Origin: Bugula neritina
Taxonomy: Eukaryota; Animalia; Bryozoa
Assembly (NCBI GenBank): GCA_964035545.1
Contig: OZ037768.1
Coordinates: forward strand, 6,728,741 to 6,792,740
Direction of reading: 5' to 3'
DNA: 64,000 nucleotides
The notes below the pieces were generated by a model that was given only the letters and a program-made list of their open reading frames with translations, was not told the origin of the DNA and ran no database searches. Positions 1 to 13,600 of this stretch are shown here, piece by piece (within the stretch, counting starts at the first letter, position 1; each line of letters opens with the position of its first letter). Made by a program: the position numbers and the translations under genes.

Positions 1-603
1 GGCATCGATTATTCCAATTCCCTTAAAGCTAAATCAAAAAATCAATTAAGCATTAAAAATACAGCTTCCAATTATTTTATTTTGTTCTATATTTGTATCA
101 AAACCAATACCATGATTGCATTACAAATCTTAGTACAAGCTTACAACTAGAGAAGATGGTTGAAAATAAACATATTGATGGTGATTTGGTAATATACTCT
201 GATTAAAAGCTTTATCCTGCATAACAAAATCTTTTCAACGAAAACCTCGTGATTTGAAACTATAATGAAAAACCTAGTTTCTAAAATTTTACATTTTAGG
301 AACTAGAGTAAAAACTAACTATTTTTAGAAACATATAAATTAGGGAGAGGACAATAACAGCTTCTAAAGTCTAAACTCTACTGGTGGTTACGTGGAATAA
401 GGTAACAATCCCCACGGACAACTTCCCTATGGGTAACTCACCCTAATAAGCTTTAAATAATTATATAGCAACTAGTAGCTTGTATATTTTGCCTACTAAT
501 GAATTAAAATAAGACTAAGCACACATTCTTGAAGGGCTCATGAGTAACCAGCAGCTTGCTTGCACCTACTAACTCCATTTTATAGAATATTTTTTATACT
601 TAC

Positions 604-3600
604 ACATGACCAGTGAATTCTTCTGAATGTTTGTACCAAACGTTTACGCTGTTCTAAAAAAACAAACAGTAATCATCAAGTACTTGTTGTTGTTGCGATA
701 AATAAGGGATAAAATACAGTTGTTCATAAAGATAAGCTCATAGCCAAAAGTCTGACTAATACACGACAGGCTACAATGCAAGAAGTACTATAAGCTTTGA
801 TGCAGCAAGCATAAAGGTGCGGTTTAAGAAAATGTTATTTGGTTTTGACTTGGGTTAAGTCAGCTGTCCATATCCAGAAAATTTTAGTGGTGTTGATTAT
901 TTACAGAACTTCATCCTTGGGTGGGATAAGATATTCACTGGTAAAAAGGGGTTAACAGTAATTTAAAACAATGACTATTCTTCATGCAAGCCAAAGATAC
1001 CAAAACAAGCCCCAAATTCGGCTGGTAAGATCTCTAGGGTAAGACCTCTAGCTGGTGGACATGGTTTAAGAAGGGTGAAGTAGGGATTGTGAAACAGGTG
1101 CAGCTAGCTGAATGTGTATTATACAAGTATCAGCTTTACAAACAGACGTAAACCCAGTCAATGGCAGTACTTGAACAGGGGATTAGGTACTATAAATTGG
1201 TACTGAGTAAAAGAATAAGTAAATGGATATTGCAGAGATAGCAATGTTGGTATTGCCATCGGTAGTGGTTTGTACTGGGAGAAATTGCACTTTCAAACCA
1301 CAGACTAGCTGAAAGTAATTTCTGTCAACAGGCTGGCTTCCAGTCTGTCAACTTGGTAAAAAACACACATTTGCTATAAATATGAATGATTCGATACATA
1401 ATGTACTAACTGTAATAATTAATAGGTTTTGTGGTCAATAATAATGCAGAAATGTGGTTAACACCAATGGTAAGCCCAGACATGCTATTTCTACTAGACT
1501 CTAATGTCTTGAAAACCCTAAGTTCAGCAACAGCCTACTCCATGCTTTCAACTAAACTGGCTGTATAAGCAACATGCAGGCATTCACTACCTTCACCGAT
1601 CACTTACCTCGCTATCATCCTACAAGAAATCAGCAGAAAATATATGAAATGATCAGCTAATAAATCATATATAATAACTCAAGTTTAGCACATTTCATAG
1701 AAATTTAGTAATTATAATCATGATTTGGTTGGCTGAGAATTCTTGAAGTTGTTATAATGATCACCTTCAGTAAATCATATTGCTCAAAAAATCATTATAG
1801 CCATTGGTGTGATTCAACATCACAGGTTGTCTATGATTTTGACCACATCCTGTGCTAGTCATAAAGTACTAATAACTACCACTTGTTTTTGCCAAATTAC
1901 ATAAAATGATGCCAAGTTTTGCTTTTTACCAGAGGAATAATTGCATGTCCTTAATGGGCTGCTGTAGTCAACAACTATGACAATAACAGTGAGTATAAGC
2001 CAGTACAATTTCCTGCACATGAATGTAATTACATGTTTAGTGATTGCCGATGAATGTAGTGTATTTAATGCAAGAATTAACCCCCAAGGCATTATGAATG
2101 AAACAATAATGAATGACTAAGGGTTAGTCTAAAATATCAACAATGCATCAAGAACAAAGCTGAGCATTCAATACTATGAAAGTGAATGTGCAATGACTGG
2201 ATCAGTGTATAATTGGCGTTTCTATGCCTATTTATGAATATGAATATCATTCACAAAAAGTCAGTTGTTTAGCTACAACCTACAAAAATTTCTCTAGATA
2301 GAGTCCATTGTCTTCATTTCATTAGTGTGACATCAACCATGTAATACGCTCCCCAAAAAGACAACATTCAATTTGACTGATCTTCCATATTGAACAATTG
2401 ACCACATCAAGTCCAAAATAATTTTGCATTTTCAGAGCTGAATCAGTTTGTAACATGCTAGCCTTGTAATTTCGCAACAAATGACACATAAATTTTACTC
2501 TTTTAATGTGCATGTGGGTGGCACATTCCTTCAACAGAAACTATTCTGTTGTACTCAGTTATCAGTTACTTGTACTTACTACTTAAACAAATTTATCACA
2601 TTCTCTTGTATACCATTATGAGTCAAGCTCCTTTATACTATTTACCTATTGATGAAAGATTGCTATAAAAACCATGATCCAACTTAACCATCACATTTAA
2701 TCAGCTTATCAAAACATGTTTGGGCAGCAAAAGAAATTGCCCTTAAGTACAAAATGAGGAATTCTCACACAGATATGCTTCAAACACAAATTTAAATCAA
2801 ATAAATTTATCTCTTTTTTCAAGTAGTTTTTAAAAAGTAATCCGGAAGCTTATATTCTCTTGGTTCACTTAATTCTGCTCCGTGGCAACAATCAGCAAAT
2901 GTATACAATGACTACCCTTAATTTCCCTCACTGAAAATGCATTGCTACTTAGTTATTAGCTGCAGTACTAGTAGCACTAGTAGGCAAGTCATATTTTGTT
3001 GATGTTATAGACTTATAGCAGAAGTTATTTTTGTAAATGTCAAACAAGTTGAGTTTGTAAGACAATTATTTCATTAATTCATAATTTACAAAAGCTAAAA
3101 TTTGTTTAATGTCATAAGTCTAAGACCTAGGAGTAGGTACATTGGTAGTTTTTTTCTTATATACTAGAAGTGTAAGTAGAAGTACAAGTTTATAATTATA
3201 ATGTGTATCTATATATAATTATAATTATATAATACATTACTGATTACAACGAAATATCTATACTGCAATTAGAAATTAGCAATAGACATAAATGTAGTTG
3301 TCTTTAGGGTAGAGTTAGAGTAATTAGATTTACATTTTGATTTAGTCTCTAGAGTTTAGAGGTAAATAAATAAATTTATAATGATAAATATTATTATGGT
3401 GCATGAACTGATGAAGGTTTTTTTGTTTATTGCACTACATATTGAATTTGATGGTAGTGGAACAAGGCAACTTGGAATGTATAGTAGGAGCTTTTAAAAT
3501 GATTTGCAATTACTGTAACACTAAAAGTTTGTAATTACGTTTAGATTAAAATTGACTATAACTATTACTATTAGATTTATTTACTGTTGGTAAATAATTA

Positions 3601-3719
3601 TAATGATATCTTTATTAGCTTACACTCTTTTTAGCGAGCTTCCACCCCTCTTCGTCAGCTACATAGCCTTTTACTTTGCTAACCAGTTCTTCTATTCTGT
3701 CGTTTGTGCTGATCTTCAT
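604..3719 (-). CDS. START-domain lipid/sterol transfer protein, STARD4/5/6 subfamily; 5' part only (coding exons 3624-3719 and 604-653), continues beyond the left edge
   Basis: Exon 1 MKISTNDRIEELVSKVKGYVADEEGWKLAKKS|gtaagc; exon 2 tttttag|NSVNVWYKHSEEFTGHV|gtaagt (50 nt); intron 1 is phase 0. GWKLAKK...VWYKHSEEFTG matches the N-terminus of STARD4/5/6 as I recall it (WRVAKK...VWRKPSEEFNG). Paralog not resolvable. Confidence 0.8.
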
Positions 3720-3808
3720 TCTGATAGAGTACGTGCCGGTCAGATGCCAGTGACTTTGAAACAAGCTTTTACAAATCTCTTCTAAGGCATCCGTATACTA
3801 AAGGGCTT

Positions 3809-3909
3809 CTTTTATATCTGCAGTTTCAACACGCGAATACGGCTTCATTATGCCGATCAGCCAATCAGACTAGTTTTCCAGTGAGGAAAACCCTAATTTA
3901 AGCCAATCA
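3809..3909 (-). promoter_or_regulatory. Putative promoter of the START gene: TATA box plus two CCAAT boxes
   Basis: TATAAAAG on - strand at 3809-3816, about 90 bp upstream of the ATG; AGCCAATCA at about 3859-3867 and 3901-3909. Confidence 0.5.
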
Positions 3910-4803
3910 AATTTTTGTAACTTTGCAAAGCACCTGCTTATCCTACAAGTTTTATGGTAAGGGTGGGCAACCTGCAGCCAGCAATCCATATCCGGCTCTT
4001 TGCTGTTTTCCATTTGACTCCTTCTCTATTGCTAGCAATCTTGCTAATATAACTTCCTGCATGCTCTCATTATAAAGTGACAGAATACACAGTCAGCTAT
4101 GCAAGGTTGACCTGGTAGTCTAGTTGTGTGCTGCAAGGGTTCAAACCCCATGATTGCTACACACTTTTCTTCATCGTAATGTAACAAACAGCTAAAATTA
4201 TTAAATAATTACATTTATTCAAAATTAACTGACTATTACATAATGATGAAACATATGCTACATACACATCACTAGATCAATATCTTTTAATTCTTAATAA
4301 ACACAACAAAAACTGTAAATTAGTTTCATTTATTGATATAATGTGCCTGTTTACAAAACTTGATTAAATTTTTTAAATAAATTTTATGTTAAAAAGTTGT
4401 ACGCTCTTGAATATATTATATATATTTGGTTTCTATAGTTATTAATATGCTATGACTGTGTAATAATATAAATATTTTGCATTTAAATTTTATTCCTCTA
4501 TTTCAGACATTGGCTGGAAATGTTGTTATAAGCATGGAATTTTTCCACCTCCAAACTTCCTTGATGAATTTACACACATACTTATAAGTGGGTATACAGC
4601 ATTGTACTGCACCTACCACTAGAGTCTAGACTTATAATAACTCGTGGAATGTGTAAAAGCATGTAAGCTTCTTCATGATTCTCCTGGGAGACTTCATGAT
4701 TGTTGATGTTTTTGTGATTTTAGTTATGACCCACAAACTTGGTAACAAGGTATAAAAAATTGATTTCTTTTTGTGATTCATAAATTTCAGTTAGTAAATT
4801 GCT

Positions 4804-4972
4804 TCAGGTAGGTGCAGTACTGGAGAAATTTAGAAAAGCCTGTGCTCTACATTAGAAATTTAGCAAAATTTATGGCTTCAGAGAGAATTTCAACCCAATC
4901 CCCAAGCCAGAACTTATTAAGAAAAAAAAAAGAATTTAGGTTATTAAAACTTCTCCACTACTGTGCCTAAAT
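4804..4972. mobile_element. Short MITE-like element, copy A
   Basis: Imperfect terminal inverted repeats taggtgcagtactggagaa / ttctccactactgtgccta; internal sequence homologous to 6575-6725; a reversed terminus fragment near 4604-4617. Confidence 0.55.
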
Positions 4973-6574
4973 AAATGGTTTGTTCTTGGAATAAACAATC
5001 ACCACCTAAATCACTCTAACTGAACTTGAAACTGATAAAATATAATAATATATCATAATGCTAATAGCCTAATAATAATATCTACATGTATATATGAAAG
5101 GAAGCTTTTTATGAATAAATGTTGAAAAAATACAACGCGTTAAATTAGATGCAATATATTTATATTCTAGAAATTTAAATAATTTGGCTTCTAAGCAAAA
5201 CCCCTGTATTTATTAAAGTCTTCTTACAAAGCATACAAGAAAGCCAAAATTAAAATTTCTGAAATCTGTTGCTTGGGGTTTGGTTTGAAACTTGAGGTAC
5301 CTAGCCACTATCTATTGTAGCATCAGAGTTTATGAGCCATTTCAAATTTTACGTCATAAATGTTGCAGTTGGTAAATGAAAATATCAATAGCTTTGTGAG
5401 AATATGTTGCCAAGGATAGCAAGTGGAGTTATTGTAATATTATTTCATCTATTACGTAGCTATATTGGCCAATTTTAGTTTATTACTATATGGTTATGTT
5501 CTATAATCTATATAGTGCCTAAACACTATTGGATATAGAATAGGGATTTAAATTCATCATAGACTTTGAAAACAAATAAGTAGTTCAAGCTTTATATTCT
5601 TTAGCTGATTATCTAGCAACAGAAAAGATGTACACAAAGAGAAACAATGTTTCACTGCAGTTTTTAGAATGAGATTAACATTCTACATTCACTAAATATA
5701 AGCAAATCTAACGTGATATTAACGAGTAGTTTTTATTCATAAATGAATTGCAGGAATTATTTTACAAGAGAACTTGGCAATGAGACTAAGAAAACAATGA
5801 TACAGATATAATGTAACAGTGTGAACTGTAAACAGAACCAAAATAATTAATTGATATTCAAAAAGGAGAAGTTAGGTTGTAAGTCTGACAGTATTTCAAC
5901 ACCTCTTGTAACAAATGAAATTTTGATAAATATATAAATCAGACTGCTGGCTAACTGAAATAGCTAAACAGTGATTGAATTTCAAGTTGAATATTATATT
6001 TCTTTCAAAATTATCTACATGGCTTCATATGGATAAAAAGAAAGGTTTCCATTGTAAAAATAAGTTTGATGTTAGATGATAGAACATTTTTGTAACTGTA
6101 TGTTTATTAGTTGTTTATCCCAAGCAACTGCAGGTCACTTGAGGCACCCAAAGTATTATAATAAAAATTAGCTAACCACATTTGGTAAACCAATAGTTCC
6201 TTTTGCACTATGAATATACTGTTTTGCTTTCCAAATAAATGAGTAATGCACTTTTTATTGGCAACAGATATGGATGATTATATTGCTTTGGAGTTTAACC
6301 TAACAGATTGGACAGCACAAAGTGTGGCAATTTACATAAGGCTGGGTGATAAATGCCACCCAGTATTATGGCAAGCAAGTGTTAATAACCATCTGTTTAC
6401 TCTAAATGTATTTCACTGCCAACAAAACTTATGGATTTGGTCTTTAGCAGCAAAAACCTTGTGAATAAATTAAACTCTTAGGTAGACCTCAACTAGTACA
6501 CTTTTCTATCGGAAGCCCTAAAACTTGATGGATATGATGACACTGTTGGTTCAACCAACTGAGGGATGTACTCG

Positions 6575-6725
6575 TCAGGTAGGTGCAGTAATGGAAAAAT
6601 TAAGAAAAGCCTGTGTTTGAAATTAGAAATTTAGCCTAAGAAGTTATGCTCTCACGAGAATTTCAACCCATTCCCAAACCAGAATGGTTTGGGAATGGGT
6701 TTTCTCCGCTACTGCTCCTAAACGA
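6575..6725. mobile_element. Short MITE-like element, copy B
   Basis: Colinear with 4804-4972 (tcaggtaggtgcagta...gaaaagcctgtg...attagaaatttagc...aatttcaacccattcccaaaccagaa...ttctccgctactgctccta). Confidence 0.55.
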
Positions 6726-7617
6726 CCATCGACAGTGAATATTAGTAAGTATATGCACAGTCAATAGCCTTTGCTATTGTAAACTGCTGCCTTCATCCAG
6801 TTATCGGCAGCTGAGCTTGGATAGCCAAAAACAGCTTTGCTAAACAACATGAAACCTCTTGTATGCTTTTCATAAAATTAGGTCATTTGGCATTACGTAG
6901 TGTACTGGTGTCTTTCATGTTTAAATTAGGTTGTTATGCTGTATTAGGTAATTGCTTACTTCTTAAATGGCATTTCATTAGATTCACACTTGAATACACA
7001 TCTGCATGTTACAAAAAATATAATAGCTGCTAGTGAGTAAGCATACATGTTTATATGATTATACACATGTGCTGTACTCAGTTATTGCACTTTACCGCTA
7101 ATTTGATGTAAGAAAATTCAACAGTATCTGCTTTGCATGCAACTAATAATTATTAGACTAATTTGTTAACAGCTTTCTAGTATCAAAATAAATTCATATC
7201 AGGAATGTACCTGGTATCCCTACTTCCCTAGCCTAGATGCTACAGCTAGGGGATAGCTTGTGATTCAACAGCTTGCTAACACAGTGAAGGTGAATATTAA
7301 TACCAGAGAACAAACAGGCTATGAAATATTATAATTCTGAGTCTAGAACTTAAAACAAGCTGGTATTTTTTATAATAATTAGTTATTAGAACTTTTAGGC
7401 TGACCTTTTGCTGCATTGTGTGGTAGTATTTAGAATAACTACCCTGGGCAGAATTATTTAAAACAAGGCTGAGTAAGCAATATTAACAATAATTTCTATA
7501 GGTCTAACTTGACAACACTGTATCAATAATGAACAATTAGTTTGCGCAAGGTGAAGGACTATTATAATAATAGATAAATTAAAGTTCTAATAATAATACA
7601 GATGTGACAGGGTCGTG

Positions 7618-10600
7618 TTAGAGTTTTTGCATAATGGCTGCGTTAAGAAGATCAGCTTCTTTTAGAGTAACGGTATCATCAGTTAATTGTCTACTTGGTA
7701 ATGTGGTAATAAGTGAGAAGGCAACTCCTGCATACTGAGGTCTGGAAGCAGCTATATGTCTCCTCACATCTCCTACAGTGTGTGTGTGGTTAAACTTACA
7801 GACCAACCTACAAATACATGGAGTTGTATAACAATACGATTGATGTTTGATGCATCGTCTGTATATTCTACCCTCCATACTTATGCAATATCAGAGGAGC
7901 TAGGGAACAGGCTTGGATCTATATAGTCAATGAAGACATGAAGCTGAGCTTGTTGTAACTATAATTTTGAAAAGCAATTAATTTCTAATCTCACATGATT
8001 ATTACACTTGAGGGTTTCAAAATGGTTCTCTCACAGCAAGCTAAGACACTTTGTAAATTGAGGCTTATAATTCCATTCATATTTGGCCAGCTTATTACAG
8101 TACAAAAGTGTAATAGATGCAATAATTAACCACATCTGCACTAAATATGCTAAGCCACTACTTAACCACTAATACTGTCCACCATTTGAAAAATTCTCAC
8201 CCATTCAGCAGTTACTGGTAAATGTTGAACAATTACAATGCAGTGGTGTTTCTTATAACATTGCCATGAAATTTCCAAGTATACAAGTACATTCTGTATA
8301 TTTACAGCTTTGACAGTGAGAATTACATGACCTATGCAATCTTTCTTAATGCTAGCAACATGGAGTTGTAAGCATTTAACAAAATTCTTTTTTACAAGAT
8401 ATAAATAAATATGATGCAATGTCTGCAGTTTTGAGGTGTAAATCATATCCTTGACTGGTGGATGAGTTTTATCAGGTAAAACTCCTACTCATGCTAGGTC
8501 AGGTTTCTATTGCAACTCATAAAACCCTACATTAAATTCGAACTATAATTATAGACTACGTAAGCAAGGACCAGGATATCACTTTACACAACTTTCTGAC
8601 TCAACTCTTCCCTAAACTTTTATTAATCTTTATTCAACAGATTTAACGCTGTTTTATTCAATAGCTGTCTATTTAATAAGTAATTATGAGTAACTGTTGG
8701 TTTCAATTTTAAAATACTGCAAGTTTCATAGTTAATTGTTTTAAAGTGAACTTGAAAAGCAATTTTAGGTTTTTTACATCATTAAAAATTTAGGGCAAAT
8801 TTTATTATTTCCACAGAGGCAGACAGCCAAGTTGTATATAACCAATACAGCTAGTCAATCTGTAGGATAACCAAGATGCACCAAGGACACAGTATGTTGG
8901 TTTTAGTCGTTATAGATTATCCTTGAAATTAGATTAGTCTGGTTAGTGCTTCCAGATCTAACAACAATTATGTAAGCAAATGTGAAATATCCAACACTTT
9001 AAATATTGATTGAGTGTTCACAGAAGAAATGCAAAAGTATTTCCATTAGACTCAATATGTATCACGTTATTATATGTAAAGCTTAAATCAGAAATATATT
9101 GTTACAGATTCTAGTGAAGTATGATTTGTGAACAGACCACTCGCACTATCTGCAGTTTATATAATTATGTTATAATTGTGTATAAAATAGAAATTTCTAC
9201 ACACCTGCTACCATCTGCCAGTCTGATCTGAATATTAGTGACTGGCTGTGAACTGTCAACGGTAACTGCCTGGGCAATGGCTGATGACACAATGGAGCTG
9301 GTGCTAGGCTAAAAACCACAATAAAATATATTTACCAACAGCTAACAGTACTAAGTAAACAGTAATGATACAGTCAACATTACTCTGTACAGAGTACTCG
9401 AAGTTTGTACAGAGTACTCAAAGTCTGTACAGAGTACTCAAAGTTTGTACAGAGTACTCGAAGTCTGTACAGAATACTCGAAGTCTGTACAGAGTACTCC
9501 AAGTCTGTACAGAGTACTCGAAGTCTTAAAGCAGTTGATATACTACATACACGTATAATATGTGGAAATTAGAAATGCATCAAACCTGGGTGGCTTCACT
9601 GCCTAATGTTTGTCCAGCTCCTGAAAATGACTTCACTTTATGCTGTTTAGGAGGCTCATAGTCTTCAGAACTGTGATCTTCCATGTCTAGGGCGACTTCA
9701 CCACCCTGGGCTAGTTGCAGAAGTTCATCTGGGATCTCCCTAAAACAAGGATCCATGTCTTGCAAACAGAACCCCCACCCCCATAGAAGAAATTTTGTAA
9801 AATTTTACATTAATATGGCTGAAAGCTTTCTTCTCTGTCATACCTTACAAACTTATGGTTGAAAATAAAATATGCCAACTCGTCAAACTAAACTCAATGA
9901 TCATCCTTTCGAAAGATATATTATAGCTTACACACAACCATACAACAGGCAATCCTCACTATGCCTCTTCCAGCTGAGAGATAATAACTCCCACACACTA
10001 AAATACTTAAAATAAATATAACCGAGAGTTGTTTTAGAGAAGAGTCTTACCCTCGACGAATAGAGTCTAGAAATTGCCGATTCTGTGGTTCGTGGAAGGA
10101 ACGGAGAGGTTCATCATTCACAGTGAATCCAGTTTTCCACAGTCGAAGTATGACCGCCATCTGATGACCAAATCAAAAGATAGTTTTAGCCAAAAGTAAA
10201 ACTTAGTTTTAACAACAGAAAGGGATGCAAGTTGATAAACCTCATTAGTACCAGTAGAAACAGGGTGGAACTTATCAGTTATAAGATAATGCAATGTAGA
10301 TATCTTAAATGACAAACACAAATTGAGTGGTTTTATGCAGGTAAAAAATTAGATTTAACAATATGTTTTGCCTTAAGTAGGATTTGGGCTATAGTGGTAT
10401 CAACCCTGAAAGCCGGAAATAGTGTCCAGTTATTTGCTGCATGACTGAATCAGCTAAGCTGGTAAGGTGTGGGTTCAAACCCTGTTGTGATCAATAGTTT
10501 TTTTCAGCAATTCAAGTAATTTATAAGTGGGACTAAATACCTACTAGAATTGTAATTGAGAGAAACAGCAAATGTGGCTCCATTTTTACAAACAGATAGC

Positions 10601-13600
10601 AGTACATCCTATGATAGATCTAAGACTTGATGCAGCAAAACAAAATCTGTTTATCAAAACTCAAACATGACTTTAAACTAGTTACCATGAGCTAATAAGA
10701 ATAGATTTTTGTCTACTGTCTACCAGAACTAACACTCTGCAGTTTACGCTATTATAGCTAATCTACAGTATTCTAGAGTTACTCTACAGTTAATCTACTG
10801 TATTTTACAGTTAGATAACAGTTATTCTACAACTACTCTACAGTTTATACCAAACAACTCACAGGTTGCTTCTTAGGTGCAGCACCTCGCACTGATTGGC
10901 TAGCTTCCGACTCGGATTCACCCAGTCTGTATCCTGTACCAGCAAAGTGTGCCCTCTGGGGCGCTGCTGATCCTCCTGACTCAGACCTCTCTTCTGCACC
11001 ACGTCTATCAGGTGTATTAAAGACAGTGTAGAGCTCAGTGTTTTCTCATTGAAATTTAATACAGTAAACAGGGTTGCTTTCTTGGACGGAAAAAATAGAA
11101 ATGAGAAGTTAATAAAACTAAAACAACCCAATATAGTTCATCGCTTTCAATTTTAGCATATATAGGGGTTTGAAAAATGACCAAAATGTTTTATAATAAA
11201 TAAAATGCAGCAAATGCAAAGAAATTACATTAGCAGCCATGGCCCATTCTCACAATGAAGATACACATTAACTGCATTTTTTGGCAAACTAGTAAAGCAT
11301 ACTTACCACAGTAAGCATTAACAGGTTTAGATATTGAAAAACTGTAATGACTGCATTGATATCCAATTATGAGCATATCTAACTTATCACACTACAAATC
11401 TATCTGTATATTATCACTACAAAACTGACTTTTTATAGTTAACTTATATATGTAGTTGAATATAACACTGTTTACAACAGGATGCTAGTGCTGATGGCAT
11501 GGTAACATAATCAAAAAGCCTTGTTAGTGATATTGTCATTAAATTTAAATAATGATCTATTTTATTTGACCATGACTGTCAGACAAGTTATGTCTACTAC
11601 AGCTGCTACTAGCAGTACAGATGATAGCACAAATTTGAAATACAATGCCTCTAGATGTGCGTGTATCTCTGTTAGTACCAAATCGAGGTTGAAATACCAC
11701 CAGCTTTCTATGCAACACTCATCAAATTTAATTTCATTAAAGTAATAAAATATTTTTGTTGTTATTTGTAATAGTAAACCATTAGTATAAACAGCTCATT
11801 TGGTATATTAGAACTTCCTACTAATTTAAGCAATTATGAGAAGATAATCCTTGCCATTAAAATTAGAAAATATGAAATTATCTGTTTTAATTTCATTTTT
11901 GAGTGCATTTTAACTTGGCAATGAGAACATCAACTCACCATTGTGACAATATCACCATATTTATTACCTTATACATTCCTACAAGGATTATGTTCGTTAG
12001 TATAACACTTGATAGAGTATTAACAATAAATGTTCAATGATTAATAACTTAGTTGATGTATAAACCATAGTTCAGATTTTAAGTAGTTTCAAAATAAAAT
12101 TCCCACCTATTTCTTGTTGTTGTTCCGGTTTTACTATTTTTAGAATCTTTAAGGATATCACATTAAAGGTCTAGTCATAAACTATCAATAATACTCTACT
12201 GATAATGTTATTAATCAGCATAAATGATAACTTATAGTATACTAAAACAATAACGTATTGTGGTCACATATGAGAAGACAACTACACAATATTAAAATAT
12301 TGAAGTAATGCACTCTAACAATCGCACTGAACACACTTTCTGACCAGACTGGCCACAGTCAAACTGAAATTAATATGTTATAACTCAGTGAGTATATTCT
12401 TTTATGTCTTAGTAATATACAATTAGACACTTCAAATAACTAAATCCAATTAGTTCTTTGCCAACATAAGTAGTTTGGCATGTTACCAACTTGTATCAAT
12501 TATTTACATTATATAACTTACTCCCTGGCTGCTTTAAACAAATCAGATACAACTTTTCCACCACTTTTATTGTTCTTTCTTGGCGGTCCTAAAATTTGCT
12601 GTCCACTGAAAAAAAAAGTTAACAAAGTTAGTTGATAAGAAACAATTAATCAGTTTATAGCATTCATTAGTTGCAATTTTATGTAAAGAACAGCTAAAAG
12701 CTGTTAGTGGATGTTGACAATGATGACCTCATATTACATTAGAAGCCTCAATTTATATTCCAATTTAAAAACCGGATTCTAACATTTCAACAAACTGACT
12801 TTAACTGCATTGACTACACCTTCGACCAAATATGTCAGTTATTTCACGAAAATTAGTAGCCATTTCTCAAAGAAAGTTTACACCTCGCTTTACTGAAACA
12901 ATTTGATTATATCTGTAAATGATTAGCATCTAATTTTATTTTTAAAAAATAAGAAACTGTTGAGTTGATGCAAGAGAAACACTTTTATAACATACCAAAA
13001 GTCTAACATTTTTGAACCAAGGGTAATGATGCAATATTGAACACCACATTTCAAACCCTTGACATTTCAATAAATATGCTGTGGGTGCTAGACAATACCA
13101 TTAGACCCAAGGAGCAAAAGATTCATAGACATGAGAGTCACCTGGTATCAGAGCCGCCAGCATAATATGCCTGGCCTTGGTCATCATCATCACTGTCTTC
13201 ATTCTGACTTTTATCCATTTTTGCTGAAGCGCCCCAGTTAGCAAATGTCTGTATTCGACTAGTTTTGAGAATAAAAGGGAAAACAGCTGATGGTATTTTT
13301 ATTTCAAATTTTTGTCTTAAAATAATAATGTAGCAAACTTGGGAAAACTGCACATTTTAATACATCATACCAAACTTTTTCCATGTATTATTACTTTTAT
13401 TTCAAATATTCGATTATAAGCATCACAGATAGGGGGCAGCCATGGTGTAGTGGTTAAAGTGCTGGCCTAGTAAACACCGAGATCAGTGGTTTAGAAGAGC
13501 CATGTTAGGAAGAGCCTCCAGGAATAATTGCTCCTGTGTCACTTATTTACTTATGGATAAGTCCTTGGCCCGTTTTGAAAAAAAAACCTTTTCATCAGCG

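Noticed and set aside
3958-4200. hAT-like terminus (agggtgggcaacctgcagcc) and a B-box-like ggttcaaaccc (also near 10471)
   Set aside because: Too short and degraded; no partner terminus or target-site duplication to define an element.
9381-9525. Regularly spaced palindromic repeats resembling a CRISPR array
   Set aside because: Units are contiguous with no unique spacers, there are no cas genes, and the array is in a eukaryotic intron.
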